Assembly: GCA_037444125.1 (NCBI GenBank)
Contig: JBBINA010000004.1
Location: 1,582 to 65,581 of the forward strand
DNA length: 64,000 nt
Origin: a bacterium
GTDB taxonomy: Bacteria; Patescibacteriota; Minisyncoccia; JBBINA01
Reading direction: 5' to 3'
Shown: positions 6,900 to 16,050 of the stretch, piece after piece
How positions within the stretch are numbered: position 1 is the stretch's first letter
How the letters are laid out: the number at the start of each line of letters is the position of its first letter
Notes under the pieces: generated by a model
The model's input: the letters and a program-made list of their open reading frames with translations, nothing else
Databases searched by the model: none
Told to the model about the DNA's origin: nothing
Program-made: the position numbers and the translations under genes

Positions 6900-7940
6900 C
6901 TATGCATATCCTCGTTTGTATTTTCGTACTTTTTCAATCAAGTAATTAAGCCAGTATTTTTTTGTTAAGGGGTAATCTTGGGTAGGCAGGCATTCGTAGT
7001 ATGAGCCGCCGAAGCCGGTTTTAAAGAAAGTAAGCCCCTGCCAAGGGTGGTTGGTTTTATTTGGCGGCGCAATGCCCCACATATTATATGAAGTGCAGCC
7101 GCGTTTTTTTGCTTCCTGGATTATTTCCCAGTGCAAAAGATAACTTGCCGGTATTTTAGAAAAAATGGATAAGCTCCCTCCATGGTGATAATAGGCAGTA
7201 TTTTGATAGAAAATTATCATAGCTGCTGACAGGTTTGTATTTTGGTAGCGGGAAAAAAATAAAAGCACTTGGTTATTTCGGGCAAAAATTTTAAACTCGT
7301 TTTTCAAAAAGGAATAGTTATATGGCGTGAACTTATGACGTTTAGCGGTTTCAAGATATATTTTATAAAAGCCATTTAAGGAGCTTGGTTTTTGCGAAGT
7401 TACTATAGTTACGCCATCTTTGATGGCTTTACGAATAGAGTAACGGTGAACCTTGCGCATATTTTTGAGTAGTTCCTCTTCGCTTTTAGATATATCAACA
7501 AGCCAAAAATTTTCCGTAAAAACAAAAAGTGGCGCGTTTTTGAAACCAATTTCTTTAAATAAACTTATGTTGGTAATCGTATTAGGCAAAAGACTGTTTA
7601 TTCTGACGAAATCAACTTTCTGTTGCTGACAAAATTTGATTATACTAAGTATGGAGGATTTAATCAGTGTATTTTTTGTGCGCTCCGTTAGTTCGTTTTC
7701 ATTTATAAGAGGCCCATGGGGTGCATAAAGAAATGTACCTCTTTTTGCGCTGATTTTATATAAAAAAATAATACCTACTATCCCCTTTTTGTTGAGGATA
7801 GCGAATCTCCAAATAGGATAACCTTCTTCTTTAAGAATTTGACCAAAATCCCATGATTGTAGAAAGGTTTTATGGCCCGAATAATTTTCTATAAATTTTT
7901 CCCAGACTTTCTTGTTATTTATAGGGCTTAGTTTTATCAT
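6900..7940 (-). CDS. FemABX-family peptidoglycan bridge aminoacyltransferase
   Basis: FLQSWDFG, YAPHGP, RYSIRKAIKDGV, YLLHWEIIQEAK and GLTFFKTGFGG motifs. Confidence 0.9.
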   Translation of the reverse strand: MIKLSPINNKKVWEKFIENYSGHKTFLQSWDFGQILKEEGYPIWRFAILNKKGIVGIIFLYKISAKRGTFLYAPHGPLINENELTERTKNTLIKSSILSIIKFCQQQKVDFVRINSLLPNTITNISLFKEIGFKNAPLFVFTENFWLVDISKSEEELLKNMRKVHRYSIRKAIKDGVTIVTSQKPSSLNGFYKIYLETAKRHKFTPYNYSFLKNEFKIFARNNQVLLFFSRYQNTNLSAAMIIFYQNTAYYHHGGSLSIFSKIPASYLLHWEIIQEAKKRGCTSYNMWGIAPPNKTNHPWQGLTFFKTGFGGSYYECLPTQDYPLTKKYWLNYLIEKVRKYKRGYA

Positions 7941-7977
7941 TGTGTCCTTTTTGAATTATGTCGCATAATTATTAGGC

Positions 7978-9231
7978 TTAAATAAAGCATTTTTTAATTA
8001 TTCTAATTAATTGTTCAGCTGTTTCTAAAGAGATATTAATATGAGTAGGTAAGTTGATGATGTTATTGCCTACTTTTTCAGCATTAGGGCAGGAGCCGAT
8101 TTGATAATTTATAGATTTAAAATTAACTCCATAGGGAGCAATTGCTTCTTCATACCAGTCGCCAAGATATATATTGTTTTTTTTACAAACCTTATATATA
8201 AGTTCACTTTTTGAACTAAGCAGGGGAAATCGGAGGAGCGGTGTTTTGTGAATTAATGTAGGTAATTTAATATCGCCGATGTTTTTTAAATTTTCCAAAT
8301 AGAACTCAGTAAGTTTGAGGCGATGATTATTATAAAGATTTATTTTTTTGAGCTGGTTTAAAACGAGTTTAGCTAGTATATTCGGATATTTTTTAAGTAA
8401 GAATCTTGGTATTACTCCTTTTATTTTTTCTTGCTTAAAGACAGAACGTGGGATTATTTTGAAATAAAGCAATGCTTTGAGTAAAATTATGCCTAAATTG
8501 AATATGTTATATAGGGGTAGAACTAGGCAATTTAACAAAATTGGATGCAGAAGCGTGCTAAAAATGAATAAAAACGAAGGAAAGTCAAGTTTATCGTAAT
8601 TTGTTTTTAATTTTTTGGCTAAAACAGTGTTATTTATGACAAGGGCGCCTCCGAATATTGAGCTGAATGTCTTATCTCTTCCAAAACTATATATGACAGC
8701 GTGGTTTTGATAGGTTTTGTTTTGAAAAGGAGGCATTCTGAGCGGGTCTAAAATGTGCGCCGAATCTTCAATTAAGAATAAACCGTATTTCTTGCAGATA
8801 GCGATTGCTTTATTTATATCTGCTGGGATGCCAAAAGTATGTTGAATGATTATGGCTTTTGTTTTTGGCGTTATAAGTTTTTCCACTTTTGATAAATCCA
8901 TAGTGTAGCCATTTGGTTCTATGTCAACATAAATTGGTTTTAAACCGGCAGAAATAATGGCTTCCGGTACAGCTACGCAGGTAAAAGATTGCAATAATAT
9001 TTCATCGCCCTGTTTAAAACCTATATGTTTTAAAAGAAAAAATAACGCCGTTCGACCGCTGATAAACAAAAAAATATGTTTGGCTTTTAGGTAATTAAGA
9101 ATTAAATTTTCAAGTTTTTTAAGGTCAGGTCCGTTGTGGTATTTTGATGTTTGCCAAAGGCTTTTAAAAGCAAGCCAGACATCATCTGTTTGAGTGTTGG
9201 GTGAAAGCGAGATTGTAATTGGCTTTTGCAT
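7978..9231 (-). CDS. DegT/DnrJ/EryC1/StrS-family PLP aminotransferase
   Basis: SGRTAL, FTCVAV, QHTFG, IEDSAH, SFGRDK (PLP Lys) and INLPTH motifs. Confidence 0.88.
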   Translation of the reverse strand: MQKPITISLSPNTQTDDVWLAFKSLWQTSKYHNGPDLKKLENLILNYLKAKHIFLFISGRTALFFLLKHIGFKQGDEILLQSFTCVAVPEAIISAGLKPIYVDIEPNGYTMDLSKVEKLITPKTKAIIIQHTFGIPADINKAIAICKKYGLFLIEDSAHILDPLRMPPFQNKTYQNHAVIYSFGRDKTFSSIFGGALVINNTVLAKKLKTNYDKLDFPSFLFIFSTLLHPILLNCLVLPLYNIFNLGIILLKALLYFKIIPRSVFKQEKIKGVIPRFLLKKYPNILAKLVLNQLKKINLYNNHRLKLTEFYLENLKNIGDIKLPTLIHKTPLLRFPLLSSKSELIYKVCKKNNIYLGDWYEEAIAPYGVNFKSINYQIGSCPNAEKVGNNIINLPTHINISLETAEQLIRIIKKCFI

Positions 9232-9442
9232 ATTATTTCATTATACAAAGAATCTAGTTAAAATCAAAAAGAGCCGGGTGATCTTATATATAATGTTCAG
9301 TTCCGGAGTAAGGATTTACTTTGAAATTTACCTAAATTAGTTGAGTTCGAATTTTGTTTAGCTTGCTAAGTTTATTATTTAAAAAATGGGAAATATTTTG
9401 TAGCAAGATTTTTGTTGATGTTTTGATGAAAAAGTTAAATCT

Positions 9443-9531
9443 TGGTGCCCGGGGTGGGACTCGAACCCACACGGTCAATTGTGACCACTGGATTTTAAGT
9501 CCAGGCTGTCTACCAATTCCAGCACCCGGGC
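9443..9531 (-). tRNA. tRNA-Leu(UAA)
   Basis: GCCCGGG...CCCGGGC-ACCA; anticodon arm CTGGA-CTTAAAA-TCCAG; long variable arm. Confidence 0.95.
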
Positions 9532-9557
9532 GTGTAAAATTTTCTTAAATTTTGTTG

Positions 9558-9629
9558 AGGCCACGGTGGGAATCGAACCCACGTATAAGAGTTTTGCAGA
9601 CTCCTGCCTTACCACTTGGCTACGTGGCC
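9558..9629 (-). tRNA. tRNA-Cys(GCA)
   Basis: GGCCACG...CGTGGCC-T (U73 discriminator); anticodon loop CT-GCA-AA. Confidence 0.95.
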
Positions 9630-9635
9630 ATTTGT

Positions 9636-9962
9636 CTAATGCAGGATTTTATATATATTTTGGACGCTATTTTGTGAGATGTCAAGGACAAAGCTTAATT
9701 TTGGGACAATTTTGAAAGGCATTCGTTTGTTGAATATTTGCTGAAGCTGATAGATTTGACTGTTAAGCTGGTGTAAGACTTTTTTACTAAGTTTATCTGG
9801 ATAGATAGCTACAAAAATTTTAGCATGACTCGTATCGTTAGAAACTTCAGTTCTAATGACACTTAAAAACGTTCCTCTTTCTAGGTCAACATTCTGCCGT
9901 AGGATGTTAGCCATTTCTCTATGAACAAGTGAATTGAATTTTTCAAGACGATATTTTTTCAT
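9636..9962 (-). CDS. rbfA: Ribosome-binding factor A
   Basis: RLEKFNSLVHREMA, EVSNDTSHAKIFV and VPKLSFVLD motifs; follows infB. Confidence 0.9.
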   Translation of the reverse strand: MKKYRLEKFNSLVHREMANILRQNVDLERGTFLSVIRTEVSNDTSHAKIFVAIYPDKLSKKVLHQLNSQIYQLQQIFNKRMPFKIVPKLSFVLDISQNSVQNIYKILH

Positions 9963-9976
9963 TTAAATTAAGTGAA

Positions 9977-11722
9977 TCAAATTTCTGGTTCAATTGTTTT
10001 TTCTTCATAAACTAACAATTCATCGTTTAAAGCTATTTTAATATCAGAGTGTATCATTATACCAAATTCGCGGTCATTTTCAATTTCATTAAGTTTTACT
10101 TTATTTTGTTCCAAATCAAGTATTTTACCGTCGCCTATTTTAAAAGATCTTCTTAAAATTTCGAAGCGACATGTTTTCTTAGCCTTATTTTTTGAATCCA
10201 TTTTGGCTCCTAAGATTTGATAATCTTTTTCTTGACGGAAAATTTTAATTATTTTTATGCAGCCTATATAATTTTTGACTGTTTCCTTTTTAATATTTTG
10301 GTGAATTAGCTCATAAATATTTTTCTCCATTTCATAAATAATTTCATACAAGAAGCATTTTACTTTGAGTTCTTCGGCTTTTGATTTAGCTTCTTTGGTT
10401 ATTTTTATTTTAAAACCCAAGATGAGTGAATTAGTTGAATCAGCGAAGAGTACATCATTAAAATTTATATCACCGATATCGATGTTGGTTATATTGATAA
10501 AGCTATTCTTGAGCTTAAGGTTTTTAAGAAGGTTAAGTATGGCATCTTTTAGGGCGTGACTAGGTACTTTTATTAGAATATTAAGGGAATATTTGCCATT
10601 AGGGTTTCCAAAAATAATATTTTCTTTCTTCGGTTTTGGCCTTTGCGAGATTTCTTGTTTTAGGTTTTCAAATTCGTCTTCATTTTCAACTATATAAAAT
10701 TTTTCGCCGATGTCAGGAATATTTTGAAATCCATAGATTCTTAATGGTTTAGGCCCTATTGCTTTAGTAAGTTGGCGAGAAAAACTATCTTCAATTTTTT
10801 TAATTTTACCGAAGCTTGTGTCGGAAACAATATAGTCGCCGATTTTGAGACGACCATTTTTTAGGATGATATCCGTTTTTATGCCGGTTTTAGAGTCTTC
10901 GTAAGCCGAGACAACAAATCCCGAACCGGGCGCTTGTTTATTTACTTTCAAATTAGCTAATTTACCCAATAAAATTACCAATTCTAAAAGTTCGTCAACA
11001 CCTTTACCTGTTATGGCAGAAATATTGACTGATGGTATATCGCCGCCCATATCTTCAGTTTGTATGCCGACCTTAAGAAGTTCATTCTTAACTTTTTGCG
11101 GGTTAGCTCCGGATTTATCTATTTTATTAATGGCGATGACAAACGGCACTTTGGAATTTTGGAGGACATTTAAAGATTCAATTGTTTGGTCTTTTAACCC
11201 TTCAGTAGCATCTATAATGAGAATACCTACATCGGCAATTTTAGAGCCGTAAGTTCTTAATTTGCTAAAAGCTTGGTGTCCGGGGGTATCAATAAAGATT
11301 ATTTTTTCATTGTTATATTCAGCCTCGTAAGCGCCAATGTCTTGGGTTATGCCGCCGATTTCTTTTTCAGCTATTCTGGTTTGACGAATATAGTCAAGTA
11401 ATGTTGTTTTGCCATGATCTACTTGTCCTAGCGCCACTACTACTGGCGGTCTTTCTGTTTCCTGTAGTTCAATATTGATTGAGGGCAAATTTTTTACAGT
11501 TGTTTGGACATTAAGGGCTATTTTTTTTGAGCTTATTGGTTTAGTAGGTTGTTTTATTGTAATTTCTGCAGTTTTATGAGCTTGAGGATTTGTTTGAGTT
11601 GTTTTTATTGTATCAACAACAGAACTGCTTTTTTTCTGCAGTTTTTTTGGTTTAGAGGTTTTTGACTTTTTTGTCTTTTCAATTTGTTTGGCCTTTGTTT
11701 TTTTTGTTGTCCTTTTTAACAT
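9977..11722 (-). CDS. infB: Translation initiation factor IF-2
   Basis: RPPVVVALGQVDHGKTTLLD, GGITQDIGA, DTPGH and NKID motifs; short Lys/Thr-rich N-terminus; ATG 11722. Confidence 0.95.
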   Translation of the reverse strand: MLKRTTKKTKAKQIEKTKKSKTSKPKKLQKKSSSVVDTIKTTQTNPQAHKTAEITIKQPTKPISSKKIALNVQTTVKNLPSINIELQETERPPVVVALGQVDHGKTTLLDYIRQTRIAEKEIGGITQDIGAYEAEYNNEKIIFIDTPGHQAFSKLRTYGSKIADVGILIIDATEGLKDQTIESLNVLQNSKVPFVIAINKIDKSGANPQKVKNELLKVGIQTEDMGGDIPSVNISAITGKGVDELLELVILLGKLANLKVNKQAPGSGFVVSAYEDSKTGIKTDIILKNGRLKIGDYIVSDTSFGKIKKIEDSFSRQLTKAIGPKPLRIYGFQNIPDIGEKFYIVENEDEFENLKQEISQRPKPKKENIIFGNPNGKYSLNILIKVPSHALKDAILNLLKNLKLKNSFINITNIDIGDINFNDVLFADSTNSLILGFKIKITKEAKSKAEELKVKCFLYEIIYEMEKNIYELIHQNIKKETVKNYIGCIKIIKIFRQEKDYQILGAKMDSKNKAKKTCRFEILRRSFKIGDGKILDLEQNKVKLNEIENDREFGIMIHSDIKIALNDELLVYEEKTIEPEI

Positions 11723-11937
11723 AAGTATAATACTACCAGATTGACTGATTAATTGCAATTCTAGTGCGAAAAAAAGGCGGTTAGGAATTTTTAAAGTTGT
11801 TTTACTTAGTTCAAATTTTTCGTTTTGTAAAAAAAATCTTTTTTCGAGTTCGTAGTTTTTTCAACAGGAAGGTATCATCTTATAGGGTAAAGTTTGGAAA
11901 ATGAGACTTTCCTTTCATCTAATCTAAAAGTATTCAT

Positions 11938-12047
11938 CGTCTTCAGACGAGGAGGCGATGCGCTAGCTAAGGCAGAACCAGAAAGAATTTCTTTCTGGCG
12001 AGGAGAGAGATTTTTGCCAAAGCCACCGCCTTCTCGCCTGAAAAACT
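11938..12047 (-). ncRNA. Candidate structured ncRNA (long irregular hairpin)
   Basis: Nested stems TTCAGGCGAGAAGGCGGTG/CATCGCCTCCTCGTCTGAA, GGCA/TGCC and CCAGAAAG/CTTTCTGG; GC-rich in an AT-rich intergenic region. Confidence 0.5.
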
Positions 12048-12057
12048 TTTTCTTTAT

Positions 12058-12086
12058 TTTATAAGAGCTTTATATAAATTTGTCAA
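12058..12086 (-). promoter_or_regulatory. Sigma70-type promoter upstream of the hairpin
   Basis: TTGACA-17 nt-TATAAA. Confidence 0.6.
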
Positions 12087-12167
12087 AAACAAAAAAGCGC
12101 TTTTGTGACCTTCTTTTTATTTTTCCATTGTTTCCAATTTTCTTCTCGCAAGGGGTACCATTTTCTG

Positions 12168-12250
12168 CGGAAGGGGTGGGACTCGAACCCACACGGATAT
12201 ACACCCACCGGTTTTCGAGACCGGCCCCTTACCATTCGGGACACCCTTCC
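12168..12250 (-). tRNA. tRNA-Ser(CGA)
   Basis: GGAAGGG...CCCTTCC-G; anticodon arm CCGGT-CTCGAAA-ACCGG; variable arm. Confidence 0.94.
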
Positions 12251-12321
12251 TGAAATATTTTTTTAATTTTACATTATTATTTAGTTCAATTTAAAAAAAC
12301 TTTTTGAGGCTTAATTATTTG

Positions 12322-12394
12322 TGGGTCCCCCGGGAATCGAACCCGGAACCTCTGGCTTAAAAGGCCATTGCTCTACCAGTTGAGCTAGGGACCC
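12322..12394 (-). tRNA. tRNA-Lys(UUU)
   Basis: GGGTCCC...GGGACCC-A; anticodon loop CT-TTT-AA. Confidence 0.94.
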
Positions 12395-12460
12395 ATTACA
12401 AAAAAAACTTTGTTTTTTATTGTATAATATTTTTAGCTTGATTGCAATAAAATTTATTGG

Positions 12461-12835
12461 TTAGGGGCAATTTGGATACTTTACATAACCTGAGGATATA
12501 GCTTGCATTTCATTCTCAAACCAGATTTTATTTTCATTTTTAATTTTTTTACCGTTAGTACATAATTTTGGATAGTAATATTTACCTGATTTAGAGGCGA
12601 AAAAGTCGCCATCTGTTGGTGGATTATTGATTGTTTTAAATAGCTTATCATAAATTTCATCAGAAGATAAAGATGGATGCGAATTTATTATATTTATTTC
12701 TAAATCTTTATAACGATTGTAAAGATAAAAACCTAAAAGCGCGGAGCTGAAAACAAGAAAAACCAAAATAAAGTTTATGATACTAGATTCGTTTTTATAA
12801 ACCCTGATGATAAATTTTTGAATTATATTTTTCAT
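12461..12835 (-). CDS. Membrane-anchored protein with Ada-like metal-binding C-terminal domain
   Basis: One TM; FASKSGKYYY..C...IKNENKIWF...A...GY....C pattern. Confidence 0.75.
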   Translation of the reverse strand: MKNIIQKFIIRVYKNESSIINFILVFLVFSSALLGFYLYNRYKDLEINIINSHPSLSSDEIYDKLFKTINNPPTDGDFFASKSGKYYYPKLCTNGKKIKNENKIWFENEMQAISSGYVKYPNCP

Positions 12836-12912
12836 CTAATTTTATGGAAATATTGCAAAAAGTGAAAAAATTGATTAAGATTAAATTTAAGTAATTACTT
12901 GTTTTTTTATTT

Positions 12913-13191
12913 ATGGCTTCTAAAGGAGCAAAAAAACAAACTGGCGGTAATCGAGATTCTTTACCTAAATACTTAGGAGTTAAAGCGTTTGATGGCGAGG
13001 TGGTTAATCCGGGTAATATTATTGTACGCCAAAGAGGCAGTTATTTTAAGCCGGGAATTGGTACACGTATCGGTAGAGATGATACTATTTATGCCGTCCA
13101 AAAAGGAAGAGTCAAAATTAGAACTAAAAAAGTAATTAGTTTTACCGGTAAGCCGTTAGTGCGAAAAATTGTTGAAGTTCACAAGGTTTGA
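12913..13191 (+). CDS. rpmA: 50S ribosomal protein L27
   Basis: NRDSLPKYLGVK, GNIIVRQRG and GRDDTIYA motifs. Confidence 0.95.
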   Translation: MASKGAKKQTGGNRDSLPKYLGVKAFDGEVVNPGNIIVRQRGSYFKPGIGTRIGRDDTIYAVQKGRVKIRTKKVISFTGKPLVRKIVEVHKV

Positions 13192-13193
13192 GT

Positions 13194-14831
13194 TTATTGA
13201 TTAAAGTTGAGAGTGCTTTTAATAAAACCTATAAACAAAGGATGAGGATTCAGGGGTCTTGAGCGTAGTTCCGGATGGAATTGAACGCCTATAAAGAATG
13301 GGTGTTTTTTTAGTTCAATTATTTCAATTAGGTTTCGTTGGGGATTAATGCCGGAAAAAACCATTCCCTTATCTTCGAATTCTTTAAGATAATAGTTATT
13401 AAATTCGTATCTGTGGCGGTGCCGTTCTTTTATTAGTTTTTGTTTATAAAGTTGGAAGGCAAGACTGTTTTCTTTAATAAGACAATCGTATACTCCGAGG
13501 CGCATAGAGGCGCCGTAATTTTTCATCCGTAAATTTATTTTTTGGTCAGGCAATATGTCAATAATAGGATGTTTAGTGTTTGGATTTACTTCTGTGGTAT
13601 TTGCATCTTGAAAATTGAGGACATTTCGCGCAAATTCAACGCAGGCAAGCTGCATTCCATAACAAAGACCAAGATAGGGAATGTTATTTTCTCGTACAAA
13701 CTTAATGGCTTTAATTTTGCCTTCGACTCCTCTTGCGCCGAAGCCGCCCGGCACAATAACGCCGTGGTAGTTTTTTAAATTTTTTGTTTCAGCAGGATTT
13801 TTTTCGAAGATCTCGCTGTTAATCCAGTTTATTTTAGGGAAACATTTCCATTCAAAAGCAGCGTGTTTAAGTGCTTCAATAACTGAAATATATGAATCTT
13901 CTAAGGCAAAATCACCGATTTCAAAATATTTACCGACTATACCAATTTTTATTTCACGGGAAAAAGATTTTATTTTTTTATTTATAAATTGTTGCCAAGG
14001 GGTAAGGTCTGCTTTCTTTTTTCGTATTTGGAAATATCTAAAGATTTGTTGGGTAACGTTTTCTTTTTCTAAAATTATTGGTACTTCATATATAGATGTG
14101 CTGGCATCGGGGCAGGATATTATGTTGGGTATAGGAACATTACAAAAAACTGATATTTTCCTTTTACGCGGCAGGTCCAGCGATTTTTCTGAACGGCCTA
14201 TGATCATATCGGCAGTGAGGCCGGCTTCGTTGAGGGTTCGTACTGAATATTGCGTAGGTTTGGTTTTCATTTCGCCCAAATTCTTGGGAATAGGCAAATA
14301 AGAAACCATAATTAGGAAAACATCGTGAGAATGTCTTATTTTAAGAAGGCGAACAGCTTCCAGAAAAATAGAGTTTTGATATTCACCGACAGTTCCGCCA
14401 ATTTCAATCAATAAAAAATCAGGTTTATAGAGTCTGCGCACTAGATAAATGCGTCTCAGTATTTCATACGGAATGTGTGGAATAACTTCGACACATTTGC
14501 CCCCATAGTGCATTTGCCGTTCTTTATTAATAACAGTATAATAAACGCGACCAGTTGTAATAAGATTGTGGGTTGAGCAATTTTGGTTTAAAAACCTTTC
14601 GTAATTGCCGATATCTTGATCGCATTCTGTGCCGTCGTCAGTAACGAAAACCTCGCCGTGCTCAAAAGGATTCATTGTGCCGGCATCTAAGTTTATATAA
14701 GGGTCGCATTTGATAATTTGGACGGAGAACCCGCACGATTTCAAAATGGCACCTAGAGAAGCAGTGACAACTCCTTTACCGATTCCAGACATTACCCCCC
14801 CAACTACAATAATGAAACGAGTTTTAGACAC
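13194..14831 (-). CDS. pyrG: CTP synthase
   Basis: GGVMSGIGKG, DPYINLDAGTMNPFEHGEVFV, KTKPTQ, GLCYGMQ and QFHPE motifs; GTG start. Confidence 0.97.
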   Translation of the reverse strand: MSKTRFIIVVGGVMSGIGKGVVTASLGAILKSCGFSVQIIKCDPYINLDAGTMNPFEHGEVFVTDDGTECDQDIGNYERFLNQNCSTHNLITTGRVYYTVINKERQMHYGGKCVEVIPHIPYEILRRIYLVRRLYKPDFLLIEIGGTVGEYQNSIFLEAVRLLKIRHSHDVFLIMVSYLPIPKNLGEMKTKPTQYSVRTLNEAGLTADMIIGRSEKSLDLPRKRKISVFCNVPIPNIISCPDASTSIYEVPIILEKENVTQQIFRYFQIRKKKADLTPWQQFINKKIKSFSREIKIGIVGKYFEIGDFALEDSYISVIEALKHAAFEWKCFPKINWINSEIFEKNPAETKNLKNYHGVIVPGGFGARGVEGKIKAIKFVRENNIPYLGLCYGMQLACVEFARNVLNFQDANTTEVNPNTKHPIIDILPDQKINLRMKNYGASMRLGVYDCLIKENSLAFQLYKQKLIKERHRHRYEFNNYYLKEFEDKGMVFSGINPQRNLIEIIELKKHPFFIGVQFHPELRSRPLNPHPLFIGFIKSTLNFNQ

Positions 14832-14837
14832 AAATGA

Positions 14838-15374
14838 CTAGAAATAGTTATTTTTAGCACTTGGTTTTTTCTGAGATGATTTGGTAGTTTTGGTTGCTTG
14901 TTTTGCTTTTTTATGGGCTTCAATAAGTAATTGAAGATGAGCTTCGATGTTTTTATGAGGTTTAAATATTATCTCAAAAGTGCCCGTTTTTTTTATTTTT
15001 TCTTTTAAATCAATCTGTTCTTTGCTTAATTCCACATTCTTAAGTGCTGGAATTTGCTCCTTGAGGGCATTAATGATTTCTAGCTTTCTTACTTCGGCAA
15101 AGAGATTACCGTCTTCTTTAACTTCTTTTTGCAAGATTAATTTGTGATTGTTAATGGCTTGTGCTAATTTTCTTAATTGTTCAAGGCTTTTTTCGGCTTC
15201 TTCTTGCAACTTTATTTGGGTCGCTTCCCATTTCTTTAGGTTTTGAGGTGTGCCGAGAATGGCGATTTTTTGCGGGATTAGAAAGTTTTTGGCAAAACCC
15301 ATTTTGACAATTTTTACTTCACCTTGCTTGCCTAAATTTGGCCAGTCTTTTTGGAGAATCACTTTAACTTTCAT
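14838..15374 (-). CDS. rplI: 50S ribosomal protein L9
   Basis: KVILQKD..NLGKQG..V..GFAKNFLIP motif; Lys-rich C-terminal extension. Confidence 0.93.
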   Translation of the reverse strand: MKVKVILQKDWPNLGKQGEVKIVKMGFAKNFLIPQKIAILGTPQNLKKWEATQIKLQEEAEKSLEQLRKLAQAINNHKLILQKEVKEDGNLFAEVRKLEIINALKEQIPALKNVELSKEQIDLKEKIKKTGTFEIIFKPHKNIEAHLQLLIEAHKKAKQATKTTKSSQKKPSAKNNYF

Positions 15375-15509
15375 ATATAATAAATGACATCAAAATATTA
15401 AAGATATATACTATAAAGAAGAAATGAAAAAAATTCAACTACTATTGGATTATCAAGACTAAATGTATTACAATTAGCTAATATTTTGTTAATATTTTGG
15501 AGTTAAAAT

Positions 15510-15962
15510 ATGTCAAAAAAAACTTTAGTTTTAAATAAAGGAGCGAAGTTTAGCTATCAAATTATTGAAAGATTTGAAGCCGGAATAGTTTTATTTGGTT
15601 TTGAAGTAAAATCATTGAAATTGGGGAAGGCTAGTCTTGCTAGTTCATTTGTTTTAATTAAAAATGGCGAAGCCTATTTAGTTGGAACAAAAATTAGTCC
15701 TTATCAAACAGCTAATACTCCGCAGGGTTATTTACCGGAGCGTGATCGCAAGCTCATTTTAAAGAAAAAAGAAATAGTTTATCTTTCTAGTCGAAAAAGC
15801 GAGGGGTTAGTTATTGTACCAGTGAGTATATATATGAAAAAAAATTTAATTAAAGTTGAGATTGCTTTAGCCAAAGCATTAAGACAATATCAGAAGAAGC
15901 AAAAAATTATTGAAAGACAAGTAAGACGGGAAATTGAAAGAGTCAAACGTGGTAAAATTTAA
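15510..15962 (+). CDS. smpB: SsrA-binding protein
   Basis: FEAGIVLFGFEVKSL, RDRKLILKKKEI and IKVEIALAK motifs. Confidence 0.95.
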   Translation: MSKKTLVLNKGAKFSYQIIERFEAGIVLFGFEVKSLKLGKASLASSFVLIKNGEAYLVGTKISPYQTANTPQGYLPERDRKLILKKKEIVYLSSRKSEGLVIVPVSIYMKKNLIKVEIALAKALRQYQKKQKIIERQVRREIERVKRGKI

Positions 15963-16050
15963 CTACTGTTGATATTATTTTGATTTTATTATTTATTGAT
16001 TTTATTAATTTATTTTGATAAAATAATATAAATTTTTAATTTTGTATGGT

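Noticed and set aside
11460-11722. Low-complexity Lys/Thr-rich N-terminus of IF-2
   Set aside because: The IF-2 N-terminal region is known to vary widely in length and sequence; no discrete repeat unit is visible.
11938-12047. SRP (4.5S) RNA
   Set aside because: The conserved helix-8 CAGG...GGAA...AGCAG motif is absent on both strands.
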